IMG/VR virus record: IMGVR_UViG_3300031787_007614
Coordinates: 62,001-126,000 of that record
Direction: 5' to 3' (one strand)
Length of the DNA stretch: 64,000 nucleotides
In this document: in pieces, positions 37,418-46,204 of the stretch
Layout of the letters: each line of letters starts with the position of its first letter
Numbering within the stretch: position 1 is the first letter of the stretch
Translations under genes and position numbers: made by a program
Notes under the pieces: generated by a model
Database searches by the model: none
The model's input: only the letters and a program-made list of their open reading frames with translations
What the model was told of the DNA's origin: nothing

Positions 37418-37965
37418 TATAGTCTTTCGTTGCAAACGTCCCAGTTGATTATCTTCCACACGTTGTTGAGATAACCTTCTTTGTCCGCTTGATAATCTAA
37501 CGCCCATGCATGTTCCCACCAGTCTACCAAACAGCAGATGTCTGTGCGTACAGCATGATTGGCGATGGTCTTGATGTCACCACCAGTACTCAAATACACC
37601 CAACCTGATCCTTGGATCTTCATGGCAGTTTCTTTGAACTGCTCCTTGAAGTCTTCCCAAGTTTTAAATTTTTCTTCTATCAACGCGAGTACTGCGCCGC
37701 GGGGACGGTTGGTAGCTTTAGGAGCCCTAAGCTGAGGGAAGAACTTATTGTGTAAAAAACTGCCAGCACGATTAAAATCCGCATTGCCTTCTCCTGCGTT
37801 GTAACGCTTTGCATAGCCTTTGGCCAAGTGGTCAAAGTGATAGTCTATTGTGGCTCGGCTCATCACAGGCTCAAGATCCTTGATGCCGTAGGGCAAAGGA
37901 GTGGTTTCCAGTTTTGCCGGACGTGTGCTTGCTTCTACAAGATTGATGTGATTGCGAATTTCCAT
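37417..37965 (-). CDS. Fe/Mn superoxide dismutase
   Basis: LPY..LEP.MS, IDYH, FLHN, QGSGW, DWWEHA; all four metal ligands appear present. Confidence 0.9.
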   Translation of the reverse strand: MEIRNHINLVEASTRPAKLETTPLPYGIKDLEPVMSRATIDYHFDHLAKGYAKRYNAGEGNADFNRAGSFLHNKFFPQLRAPKATNRPRGAVLALIEEKFKTWEDFKEQFKETAMKIQGSGWVYLSTGGDIKTIANHAVRTDICCLVDWWEHAWALDYQADKEGYLNNVWKIINWDVCNERL

Positions 37966-37973
37966 AAACTTAT

Positions 37974-38975
37974 TTATTTTGCAATGTCGGCAATTTCTGC
38001 AATCTCAGTTATTTCGCCAGTGTAAAAAAACACCAGTTTTTCGTTAGGGGTTTTATAACAACTTTTTTGTGGGTCCACCCAAGGTACTAGTTTTTCTAAA
38101 TCCAGTGGTTCTTCAATGTTGTAGACCCATGCTTGTACAGGTTCGTTTTTCAATCTAACTGAATCTCTGTTCCACTGCCCCAACAACATGCCATAACTAA
38201 AACTCCACTCTTGTGGTTTTCGATGCACAAAATTTACTTTCCAAACTTCTGGATTGTATCTAATCAATGGCACAGTTTCTTCAGTGCAATGCACTTCGAT
38301 GGTGATGGGTGTGGGTTTTTGTTCAGTCCAGTCTTTACAAAAACGACGCCACCAGGTTTGTATTTGCATGCCCGTGGCCAACTGTGTTTGTAAAAACTGA
38401 GGAATGTATTCTGGATCGTATTTGGTATGACGAACAATTGTACGGTCCAGGCGCATTTGTTGAGCCACATCATCAAAATGCATTTCTATTCCATGGTCAA
38501 CATTGTCTAGTCCCAACATCTGTTCAAAATGTTCAGTTGACTCGATCAACGTACCAGGTCCCCATTGCGTAAAATTTGATTTAGGAGTACCGTACACAAT
38601 TACTGGAATATTTTCAGCTGGCAATCCATTCAAGATCAACGCTGCCAGTCGATTGTTGCCCACAGTAACATCGCCGGTGTCACACATCACAAATGGAGGA
38701 AAGAAAAACTTTTCTCGGCGGTACTTGTATGTCATGTCGTTTATTTTGCTAATTTTTCTTGACGCATCAGCATCATCAGACTCTATTGCAGTTTTGACCA
38801 CACTGTTGAAACAAGTTTCTACATATGAATCATAAAACGCCTGGGGAATCCCAGTCAAATAATACATTTTGAGATCAGGCATGGTTTCAAGCCAGCCGGT
38901 TCCATATTTGCGAACTATGTAGCTTGGACCGTTTTTTTGATCGGTAAGATATTGTATGCTTTCTTTTACTGACAT
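37974..38975 (-). CDS. hypothetical protein with a possible ParB/Srx-like N-terminal motif
   Basis: PPFV...VGNNRLAAL...IPVIV; start MSVKES at 38975. Confidence 0.6.
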   Translation of the reverse strand: MSVKESIQYLTDQKNGPSYIVRKYGTGWLETMPDLKMYYLTGIPQAFYDSYVETCFNSVVKTAIESDDADASRKISKINDMTYKYRREKFFFPPFVMCDTGDVTVGNNRLAALILNGLPAENIPVIVYGTPKSNFTQWGPGTLIESTEHFEQMLGLDNVDHGIEMHFDDVAQQMRLDRTIVRHTKYDPEYIPQFLQTQLATGMQIQTWWRRFCKDWTEQKPTPITIEVHCTEETVPLIRYNPEVWKVNFVHRKPQEWSFSYGMLLGQWNRDSVRLKNEPVQAWVYNIEEPLDLEKLVPWVDPQKSCYKTPNEKLVFFYTGEITEIAEIADIAK

Positions 38976-39643
38976 TATTGTTCCCTCTTTGTTGGCATTA
39001 ATCGATAACCTAGACCTTTGACAAATTCCCATGACATTGAGTCTGCTTCAAAGTCTTCTCGCATGGCTGTGCCACCATGCAGTTTGCAAAAACTATATTC
39101 TGTTGCGTAAAAATTCATTCCAGTAAAATAACTTATGTTTGCTAATCTTTCAAGCCCCAGGCCATGATTGTGAGTACACATCTGCCAACTGTGCCCGGCC
39201 ACTATCCAATGTCTACAAGGCTCCGGTAACAAGGAAGTGTGATGTAAAAAATCAACATCATTGTTAAAAAAAATACTTTGTTCGTTGTCTAACAAATATC
39301 GTTGCACAAGATGTGATGTTTGCTCATGTTGTCCTGAACTTTTTAAGATATTTAATGCAACCCAAAGATCTGCGTCTGTTGGTGTTTCTGTTGGATTGTT
39401 TCGTAGATCATTATTGTAAGTCCAACAGTACCGCTGAAAAGTGTTACGCAGACTCCGATCGTTCCAGTCAAATCGATTGTGTGTTAGGCTGTTGACTATA
39501 CATTTGAAATTGTATTCTCGCAACTGATGTATGAGATTTGCATAAAAATAGTCTTTAAAAAATTGCCCGCCTGCAGGCTCCCAACAATCCAACAAGATCA
39601 ATCCATCTACAGTTGGTATTGTGTTGGTTTTTGAAACTATCAT
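38975..39643 (-). CDS. divergent cysteine-hydrolase (isochorismatase-fold)-like protein
   Basis: GLILLDCWE and IVAGHSWQMC motifs; family call tentative. Confidence 0.5.
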   Translation of the reverse strand: MIVSKTNTIPTVDGLILLDCWEPAGGQFFKDYFYANLIHQLREYNFKCIVNSLTHNRFDWNDRSLRNTFQRYCWTYNNDLRNNPTETPTDADLWVALNILKSSGQHEQTSHLVQRYLLDNEQSIFFNNDVDFLHHTSLLPEPCRHWIVAGHSWQMCTHNHGLGLERLANISYFTGMNFYATEYSFCKLHGGTAMREDFEADSMSWEFVKGLGYRLMPTKREQ

Positions 39644-39861
39644 TTGCGTCTTGTGATACGACCTCGTGATAGATCGTATGGGCTGAATACAATTTCTACT
39701 CGATCGCCAAGAAGAACTTTGATGTTGTTGGTCCGCATACGCCCTGACAGGTATCCAATCACCACATTATCTATGCTATCTAATCTGATGCGAAACATAG
39801 CGGCAGGCAAAATCTCCTCTACTGTTCCTTCCATACTGATTGTTTCTTCTTGTTTGGCCAT
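39640..39861 (-). CDS. infA: translation initiation factor IF-1
   Basis: MAKQE.I.MEGTVEEILPAAMFRI...SGRMR.NNIKVLLGDRVE...SPYDLSRGRIT.R. Confidence 0.95.
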   Translation of the reverse strand: MAKQEETISMEGTVEEILPAAMFRIRLDSIDNVVIGYLSGRMRTNNIKVLLGDRVEIVFSPYDLSRGRITRRK

Positions 39862-39873
39862 ATAAGTGTTTAC

Positions 39874-40260
39874 TTATTCGAATTTCAATTCCGCAGTGAT
39901 CTTCTTCAGTCGATCAAAACGGAAACTGCGCCATTCTTGTTTTTCTAGGTCAAACACACGAAGGCTATGTGGATCAGGTTCCTTGCGCGGTTTTTTGCTT
40001 TCTTTAACAATACCATCCACTGGTAATACTGGAGTTATTGCAGCTGAGGGAATGAAATCCCAGTTGAGTGTGCAAAGCATTTCGCGATCGGTGCCATCTG
40101 CTTTGACAAAGGTCACTTTGATGGTACTTTTTTGTAGCAGGCTCTTGATCCAATCACGGATGATGGCCTTGTTGACATCATCTGCCTCTTGATATTGTGT
40201 GCCTGGCGCTCCCTTGAGCAGTCGCACCACTTCTTGTTTTTCCCATGTAGCCATATCCAT
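39874..40260 (-). CDS. WYL-like / SH3 beta-barrel protein
   Basis: VTFVKADGTDREMLCTL, VFDLEKQEWRSFR; start MDMATW after GGAG. Confidence 0.7.
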   Translation of the reverse strand: MDMATWEKQEVVRLLKGAPGTQYQEADDVNKAIIRDWIKSLLQKSTIKVTFVKADGTDREMLCTLNWDFIPSAAITPVLPVDGIVKESKKPRKEPDPHSLRVFDLEKQEWRSFRFDRLKKITAELKFE

Positions 40261-40298
40261 TTGGAGTTCTCCTCTATAAGTTAATTGACGTTTTTTCT

Positions 40299-41459
40299 TC
40301 ATGCTAAAAATTTTGTCAATGCCAGCACCACATTGGTACCACCAAATGCAAAGCTGTTGTTCAAACACACATCTTGTTCATGCTCAACAACCTCAGTTGG
40401 TAGGTACACACCTTCAGGAATTGCAGGATCAGGATCAGTTAGATTCCAATTGGGAATAATTTGATTTGTTTTTAGCACAGCCAAACAAGCCAGCAGTTCC
40501 ATGGCTCCAGAGTTGCCCAACAAGTGCCCGTGCAGTGCCTTGGTTGAACTGATGGGAACGCCACTGCCAAATACTTTTTGTATACTACTTAATTCAACCA
40601 AGTCTCCAACAGGTGTGCCTGTGCCATGTGCGTTGATATAGGTCACACGACTTGGATCAATACCATTCAGTGCAGATTGCATGGCAGAGATCTGACCTTG
40701 TTCACTGGGCTTGGTTAGAGTTTCGCTGCCACAACTGATACCATATCCCACAATTTCTGCATGTATCACAGCATTTCGAACCAGCGCATGATCCAAACTT
40801 TCTAGAACATAAACAACACTGCCTTCGCCCAAGATGATGCCATCTCGTGTGGCACTGAATGGTGCAGACTTTGTGCCCATGGCCCGCATGGCCCGCCATT
40901 GGTCCACTAAAATGGGACTGAGGCAAAATTCGGCGCCGCCGGCTGCCATAACGCTGACCTCGCCATGTTTGATGGCTTTGTATGCTTCTCCAATAGACAC
41001 ACTGCTGGAAGCACATGCCGCTGTGTGTGTGAACACAGGACCTGTGATGTTGTCTTTTGACGCAATAAAACTGGCTGCGCCACTGCTCATTGATGATACC
41101 AAACTGTTTGGACGCACTCGACCTTTATCCTGGAATTCAAGAATGGTGTTGTTCACTTCGTAGGCAGCACCTGCGCCTGTACCAATGTAAACACCATCCA
41201 CACTGGTTTTTGCATCTGCTTTTGCTTGTTGGTATGCCAGCATGGTGGCGCGAGCAAACAAACTTGTGGCCGCAGTATCATAACGATCAAATTGATCATT
41301 GATGTTGCTGTGTCCTAATCCAACCTTGGCAGTGTTGGCCTGGAGAGTTTCACTAAAAATGATGCCTGATGTTCCTGCATACATGGCAGCAACAACTTGA
41401 TCATAACTATTGCCCAATGGAGTAATGCAACCCACTCCTGTAATAACTACTCTATTCAT
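40299..41459 (-). CDS. beta-ketoacyl-ACP synthase (FabF / NodE-like)
   Basis: RVVITGVG, TAACASS (Cys), INAHGTGT (His), KALHGHLLG (His), NSFAFGG. Confidence 0.95.
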   Translation of the reverse strand: MNRVVITGVGCITPLGNSYDQVVAAMYAGTSGIIFSETLQANTAKVGLGHSNINDQFDRYDTAATSLFARATMLAYQQAKADAKTSVDGVYIGTGAGAAYEVNNTILEFQDKGRVRPNSLVSSMSSGAASFIASKDNITGPVFTHTAACASSSVSIGEAYKAIKHGEVSVMAAGGAEFCLSPILVDQWRAMRAMGTKSAPFSATRDGIILGEGSVVYVLESLDHALVRNAVIHAEIVGYGISCGSETLTKPSEQGQISAMQSALNGIDPSRVTYINAHGTGTPVGDLVELSSIQKVFGSGVPISSTKALHGHLLGNSGAMELLACLAVLKTNQIIPNWNLTDPDPAIPEGVYLPTEVVEHEQDVCLNNSFAFGGTNVVLALTKFLA

Positions 41460-42205
41460 GTTTTGATCAGTCGAATAAATTGTGCCGCATAGTCAACTTC
41501 CCACCACTGCTCACGTTGATTCCACCGTTGTGGATTGGCATGATGATTGTTGTGCCATTCTCCAATGACTAGGGCTAGATAGCTATTTGAACTGGTATCC
41601 TTTGTGGCATGATTCTGATAGGTGGTCAAACCGTGAGTGTGACACACGGTGTTCACAAAACCCATGGCCAACAATGCTCCTGCATTAGCAATACTATAGC
41701 ACAAAAACAATACGGGGTCAATGGCCAATAGCACCAATGCAAACGTCAAAACAATCAATGCGTAATAATTGTGAGTGAACTTCATCCAAGGATCTCTTAG
41801 ATCTCTAATGCCATCCCACATGCTGAGATTGGACAAGTTCCAATTGAACAGTATCACATTGAGAATTCCAATGTCTGGAGCATGTGGATCTTGTGCAGTG
41901 TCTGTGTGTACATGATGGGCTCGGTGGATGATGGAATAACCAACTGGTGACCCAAAACAGGCCAAACAAGAACTCACACACAAAAATGCATGCCAAAACG
42001 GAGTGACTGTGTAACTGCGGTGTGAGAAGTATCTATGCAATCCTGCATGGTGTGAGATGAACAACAAAAAACTGTAAAAGAACACAAGGTATATTGCGTA
42101 CCACCAATGCCATTGATATACCAATACTGGTATGCCCAGCATCGCAACAATCAATTGAACTGAGAGAACCTGTTTGGTTCTGTCAGGATCACCTTGCCAA
42201 ATCAT
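41456..42205 (-). CDS. membrane fatty acid desaturase (delta-9-like, His-box family)
   Basis: HRYFSH, HRAHH, DPH, EWHNNHH boxes; hydrophobic segments. Confidence 0.92.
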   Translation of the reverse strand: MIWQGDPDRTKQVLSVQLIVAMLGIPVLVYQWHWWYAIYLVFFYSFLLFISHHAGLHRYFSHRSYTVTPFWHAFLCVSSCLACFGSPVGYSIIHRAHHVHTDTAQDPHAPDIGILNVILFNWNLSNLSMWDGIRDLRDPWMKFTHNYYALIVLTFALVLLAIDPVLFLCYSIANAGALLAMGFVNTVCHTHGLTTYQNHATKDTSSNSYLALVIGEWHNNHHANPQRWNQREQWWEVDYAAQFIRLIKT

Positions 42206-42480
42206 TTTTTAACACGATTGACCGGATCGTTCACAGCTTCGGTCAAACTGTCAATGATTTCTGCCAAGTTAGCTGGCTGACTCATGTCAGCAGAGTTTAC
42301 TTTGATGCCAAGTTCATCTTCAACATCAAATATCATTTCAATCACAGACAGTGAATCAATCTTGGGATTGATATTTTGCAAGTCTGCAAGAGGTGCATCC
42401 TCTGCAAAGTTGTCAATGTCTAGATCGTACTGTTTTTTGCAAATCCTCAAAATAACTGTTTTGACTTCGTCGCGTGTCAT
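42202..42480 (-). CDS. acyl carrier protein
   Basis: acidic 92 aa; IDSLSVIEMIFDVEDELGI phosphopantetheine-attachment motif. Confidence 0.9.
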   Translation of the reverse strand: MTRDEVKTVILRICKKQYDLDIDNFAEDAPLADLQNINPKIDSLSVIEMIFDVEDELGIKVNSADMSQPANLAEIIDSLTEAVNDPVNRVKK

Positions 42481-42499
42481 GTTTTACCTTTCTATAATT

Positions 42500-42766
42500 T
42501 CATGCAAATTTTAACAAAAATACAAGATACTTTTTCTCATCCACAATCTCAACTTCTCGACTGTATCCATTCATGTGAGTGTCCGATGGCAACAACCGGA
42601 TGCCGTATGTGTCCCGGAACCATGCTATTGTATCCATATCAGTTTTACAATGCGTTCTGCCTTCTTCTGACTGTCGACACTTTTGCATTCGTACCCAAAA
42701 GCCAGCATCACCTAGAATGGTGTCTAGTCTTTTTTCCGGCGTTGAATACAAGTCGTTGTTAGCCAC
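42500..42766 (-). CDS. small hypothetical protein of the F-x-L-x-W C-terminal motif family
   Basis: ends EIVDEKKYLVFLLKFA. Confidence 0.7.
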   Translation of the reverse strand: MANNDLYSTPEKRLDTILGDAGFWVRMQKCRQSEEGRTHCKTDMDTIAWFRDTYGIRLLPSDTHMNGYSREVEIVDEKKYLVFLLKFA

Positions 42767-43157
42767 GGCGCATGGTTGCTATATCATGTGCTTCTTCATT
42801 TGAGAAGATGGGCACAGCATTGGACTTGTGCATGGTACCCACACCAATCATCTTGGTGCCAGTGTACTGCGGAATTGCCTTGCTGGACACAGGGCCCAAC
42901 ACAGAGTCAGCACGACTAGGAATGTTGTGTCCTGTGGGACGGCCTATAGGTGTGCTCAATTTGTAGTCCAGTGCAGGTGCTTTCATGGCACGAGTGCGGC
43001 GCTTTTGGTCAGCATCCACTTCCCACTTCTTTTGCAGTTCTTTCCACGAAGCATCAAGCTCGCGGGCTTTTTTTGCTTCCTCGGCGTTGCGAAACTTGAC
43101 TTTGCCTTTGCGCTTGCCGCCAAGACTGAGACTGGGGTGGTGGAGGTGCATGCTCAT
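42759..43157 (-). CDS. hypothetical phage protein
   Basis: 132 aa, basic; GTMHKSNAVPIF motif. Confidence 0.75.
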   Translation of the reverse strand: MSMHLHHPSLSLGGKRKGKVKFRNAEEAKKARELDASWKELQKKWEVDADQKRRTRAMKAPALDYKLSTPIGRPTGHNIPSRADSVLGPVSSKAIPQYTGTKMIGVGTMHKSNAVPIFSNEEAHDIATMRRG

Positions 43158-43306
43158 GGTAGGTCTTTCAAAGGTCGCTCAGGGCGGGTGGTACAAAATT
43201 CACAGGTGGGATCGTCACACTTGGAGTCAATCCATTCATTGATCACTGGATTGTAGTAAGCGTCATGCTCCGCAGAATATGCAGTGTCTTTTTCATCATT
43301 GATCAT
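43154..43306 (-). CDS. 50-aa Cys-containing protein (not in ORF track)
   Basis: MINDEKDTAYSAEHDAYYNPVINEWIDSKCDDPTCEFCTTRPERPLKDLP*; ATGA-coupled on both sides. Confidence 0.7.
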   Translation of the reverse strand: MINDEKDTAYSAEHDAYYNPVINEWIDSKCDDPTCEFCTTRPERPLKDLP

Positions 43307-43485
43307 TTGCTTCTGGCCTTTCTACATGCTTCGCGCATGGCAGTTGAAAAATCAGGGCTGATTTCGCTCCAAGTGCAGTCAATCCTGCGTTCACTTGATT
43401 GCAAGGAATTACTCCACACAATAAAAACAAACATCAAAATGGCCAGAGCAACCACAGCCAGCATTATCAATGTGTCACGTATCAT
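43303..43485 (-). CDS. small membrane protein
   Basis: N-terminal TM helix; two Cys. Confidence 0.65.
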   Translation of the reverse strand: MIRDTLIMLAVVALAILMFVFIVWSNSLQSSERRIDCTWSEISPDFSTAMREACRKARSK

Positions 43486-43712
43486 TTGCGTAGGAGTTCC
43501 ATGGTGTACTCAACATCTCGCATGTGAGCAACAGGCTTGAGCCAGCCGTTGTTGATGCATTCTGCAATGACTTGTTTATATTGTGCAGGACAATGATTAC
43601 TAACTTCAAATCCAGCCCTAGGCACTACTCGAATGCCATCGGGCGAGAATGTGAAATCTGAATCATTTTGACGCAGTGTTTTGTGGGGGCGGCTTGCAGA
43701 AATCTTAATCAT
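43482..43712 (-). CDS. hypothetical protein (probably leaderless mRNA)
   Basis: ATG 6 nt after the -10 box. Confidence 0.65.
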   Translation of the reverse strand: MIKISASRPHKTLRQNDSDFTFSPDGIRVVPRAGFEVSNHCPAQYKQVIAECINNGWLKPVAHMRDVEYTMELLRK

Positions 43713-43718
43713 GCATGC

Positions 43719-43747
43719 AGTATAGCATATCCTGATTTATTGGTCAA
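43719..43747 (-). promoter_or_regulatory. repeat-family early promoter
   Basis: TTGACC-aataaatcaggatatgc-TATACT. Confidence 0.7.
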
Positions 43748-44062
43748 TTACTTAAAAAGTATTAAGGCCATCAAAACCGCTTGCACAATGAATCCTGCAC
43801 CCACTGTGATGATGTTGAGCATGTCTTTGAGCACCACTGCCCGTAAGAACAGCAGGACCAGGCCGGCCCACATAAACAGCACAATGTCCAAACTGGGTGT
43901 GCGATCACTAAGTCCGGTCATCAGCGCCAAAAGTGTGGGAATGGTTGCGGCATGAATCACAATGGCCGCTAGCCAACCTAGTGTTTCTGCGGAGATTTTT
44001 GGCAAGTGATCTTTCAGCCAAAGTTGCAGGATTTCGGCTGTGTGTTGCAAGTCAAATTTCAT
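43748..44062 (-). CDS. 3-TM membrane protein
   Basis: three hydrophobic helices; ETLGW...IP motif. Confidence 0.7.
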   Translation of the reverse strand: MKFDLQHTAEILQLWLKDHLPKISAETLGWLAAIVIHAATIPTLLALMTGLSDRTPSLDIVLFMWAGLVLLFLRAVVLKDMLNIITVGAGFIVQAVLMALILFK

Positions 44063-44667
44063 CGTTTATCTCCGTAAAAAATGTGTCGGCCAATCTTTTC
44101 AATACGCGGTTTGCCCCAGTTGGGATTCACATAGTCTGCATGATAATATAGGGCGTTTTTCAAGCCAGGCAATCGGAAGTTTTCCAACAGCACCTTCTTG
44201 GCCACTTCTTCGCTTTCGCGCCACAGTGGAGTATAAACTGCTCGTGTTTTGTGATTGGTTTCGCAGTACCAGGAGAACTGGCATACTACCTTTTCATAAA
44301 ACACATTTTTTTGATAAACCACGCCACACACGGAATCAGGAAAACGTCCAGATTCCACACGGTTCATTGTGACTTGAGCCACTGCCACTTTGCCTTCAAA
44401 AGGCTCTGAGGCTGCTTCCCAGTAGATGTTACGGGTAAGGCAGTCCAGTTGTCGAGTGCGCTCGGCAGCAGACACATAGCCTGCTGGTAGATTTCCTGTT
44501 TGTTCGCGCAAGGCATCCAGTCGGCTTTGACACACTGCAATCACAGTGGCAACGACCAACCAGAAGCCTAGGGCTTTCAGGATGCGTGAGCTCCATGTGG
44601 CCCACCTGTTGAGAGAGATAGTTTTTTCTTTCATGGTAGTTTTACTTACTGGAATGGTTGCTATCAC
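44059..44667 (-). CDS. cell wall hydrolase (SleB / Hydrolase_2 family)
   Basis: CLTRNIYWEA.SEP.EGKVAVAQVTMNRV, CQFSW, YYHADYVNPNW, IGRHIFY. Confidence 0.9.
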   Translation of the reverse strand: MIATIPVSKTTMKEKTISLNRWATWSSRILKALGFWLVVATVIAVCQSRLDALREQTGNLPAGYVSAAERTRQLDCLTRNIYWEAASEPFEGKVAVAQVTMNRVESGRFPDSVCGVVYQKNVFYEKVVCQFSWYCETNHKTRAVYTPLWRESEEVAKKVLLENFRLPGLKNALYYHADYVNPNWGKPRIEKIGRHIFYGDKR

Positions 44668-44721
44668 CGGAATTACCGGGCCAAAATGGTGCCGTTTTTA
44701 AACAAACGGCGCAGTTAACTA

Positions 44722-45534
44722 TCAAAACTTGCAGACCGGTATTGGCAGCATCTTGTGCATGTTTCTAGCACGAATGTCTTGGTACCGCTTGAGTTTTTTT
44801 CTATCATCTGCTGACAATTTGGCGCTGCCAGGCATGTCGGAGTCCACAGCCTTGCATCGTTGCAAAAAGTCCAAGGCCATCATGCGCTCAAGATCTGGGT
44901 AGCTCATGCCCAGTTGACCTTCGTCTGTGCGCCCATCATCCCACAAGCCGTCGGTGGGTGCGGCATCAATGATTTCTTGTGGCAGCCCAAACTCTCTACC
45001 CATATCCCATACTTCTGTTTTCATGCAGTCGCCGATGGGGCTGATATCCACACCACCATCACCATACTTGGTAAAGAAGCCCACACCAAAGTCTTCCACT
45101 CGGTTGCCGGTGCCTACTACAATACCACCATGGCATTGTGCAATTTGGTACAAGGTCATCATACGCAATCTAGCACGTGAGTTGGCAAAAGCCAGTTCAA
45201 CTTGTGATGCATTTTCTGCATCACAAAATGGCACAGTTTTCTTTTCAAACGCAGAGAACACAGACGTCAAATCCATGCTCATGTGTGTGACGTTTTTGTA
45301 GCGTTCCATCAACCAGGTAGCCTGCATTGAACTGCGATTGTCCAGCTTCTTGTTTTGGCGGATGGGCATTTGCACCACAATGGTTGTGAGTCCTGTTTCG
45401 GCGCATAATGCACTCACAACAGATGAGTCAATCCCACCTGAGATCCCTACAACTAGTGTAGAGATCTTGTTTTTTGTTGCGTATTGTCGGATCCATTTTA
45501 CAATGTGCTTGATACGTTGCTTTGGTGTTACCAT
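44722..45534 (-). CDS. nadE: NH3-dependent NAD+ synthetase
   Basis: GISGGIDSS, NSRARLRM, GTGN, GFFTKYGDGG, PTDGLW, DEGQLG; start MVTPK at 45534. Confidence 0.93.
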   Translation of the reverse strand: MVTPKQRIKHIVKWIRQYATKNKISTLVVGISGGIDSSVVSALCAETGLTTIVVQMPIRQNKKLDNRSSMQATWLMERYKNVTHMSMDLTSVFSAFEKKTVPFCDAENASQVELAFANSRARLRMMTLYQIAQCHGGIVVGTGNRVEDFGVGFFTKYGDGGVDISPIGDCMKTEVWDMGREFGLPQEIIDAAPTDGLWDDGRTDEGQLGMSYPDLERMMALDFLQRCKAVDSDMPGSAKLSADDRKKLKRYQDIRARNMHKMLPIPVCKF

Positions 45535-46064
45535 TTGACCTCCGGCTTGGGCATTGCTTTTAGTTTGTTCCATACTTCTGCTTTTTCCTTGCATTTCTTT
45601 TCCAGCTTGCGATAGCGTTCTCCCAGTCGGCGCAGATCATCCCACTCTCGTTCCAGTTCAGGATTTGGTGTGAGAATGTTCAGGCGTTCTTCAACCTTTT
45701 CCATCCAGTCTTTAAGACTCTTGCCATTGATGTCAAGATCAGCTTTGTCCCCTCTAAGACTCATCTTGCCACCTTGTTCAATCGTAGATCCTACTGCACT
45801 GTAATTTGCACCAATTGTAAAACTGCCTGTGGTTGTGTTGTTTGTGGTCCAAACAGTGTTGGAGCCAGTGGCACCGTTGAGTCCACCAATGGTGTATCCG
45901 CCAGTGATGTTGGTGGTATCACTTATGATTACAGTTGGCATGGTATTTGCATCAAATGCACTTACCAATGGGGGAATAGCACCGTAAGAAGGGTCGGTTG
46001 TTAGGTCGTTATATTCGTATTCTTTGAGGTTGAGGTTTACCCAGTCGTTTTTATAAGTTGCCAT
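45528..46064 (-). CDS. hypothetical protein
   Basis: 178 aa; Thr-rich N-terminus and coiled-coil C-terminus. Confidence 0.65.
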   Translation of the reverse strand: MATYKNDWVNLNLKEYEYNDLTTDPSYGAIPPLVSAFDANTMPTVIISDTTNITGGYTIGGLNGATGSNTVWTTNNTTTGSFTIGANYSAVGSTIEQGGKMSLRGDKADLDINGKSLKDWMEKVEERLNILTPNPELEREWDDLRRLGERYRKLEKKCKEKAEVWNKLKAMPKPEVKW

Positions 46065-46204
46065 GTTCCGTCTTTGTTGTCAATCCACTGAACGGTGTCG
46101 CCTACGGCCCAGCCTAGTTCGGCGCACAATTCAGTGCCAAGATCCAACAACAGTTCTTCAGGGTTGTTGGGATCCTCAATTACCTGTACAGTCCTAGTCA
46201 TCAT
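46037..46204 (-). CDS. AbrB/MazE-like small DNA-binding protein (not in ORF track)
   Basis: MMTRTVQVIEDPNNPEELLLDLGTELCAELGWAVGDTVQWIDNKDGTWQLIK; LGW..GD.V.W signature. Confidence 0.65.
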   Translation of the reverse strand: MMTRTVQVIEDPNNPEELLLDLGTELCAELGWAVGDTVQWIDNKDGTWQLIKTTG

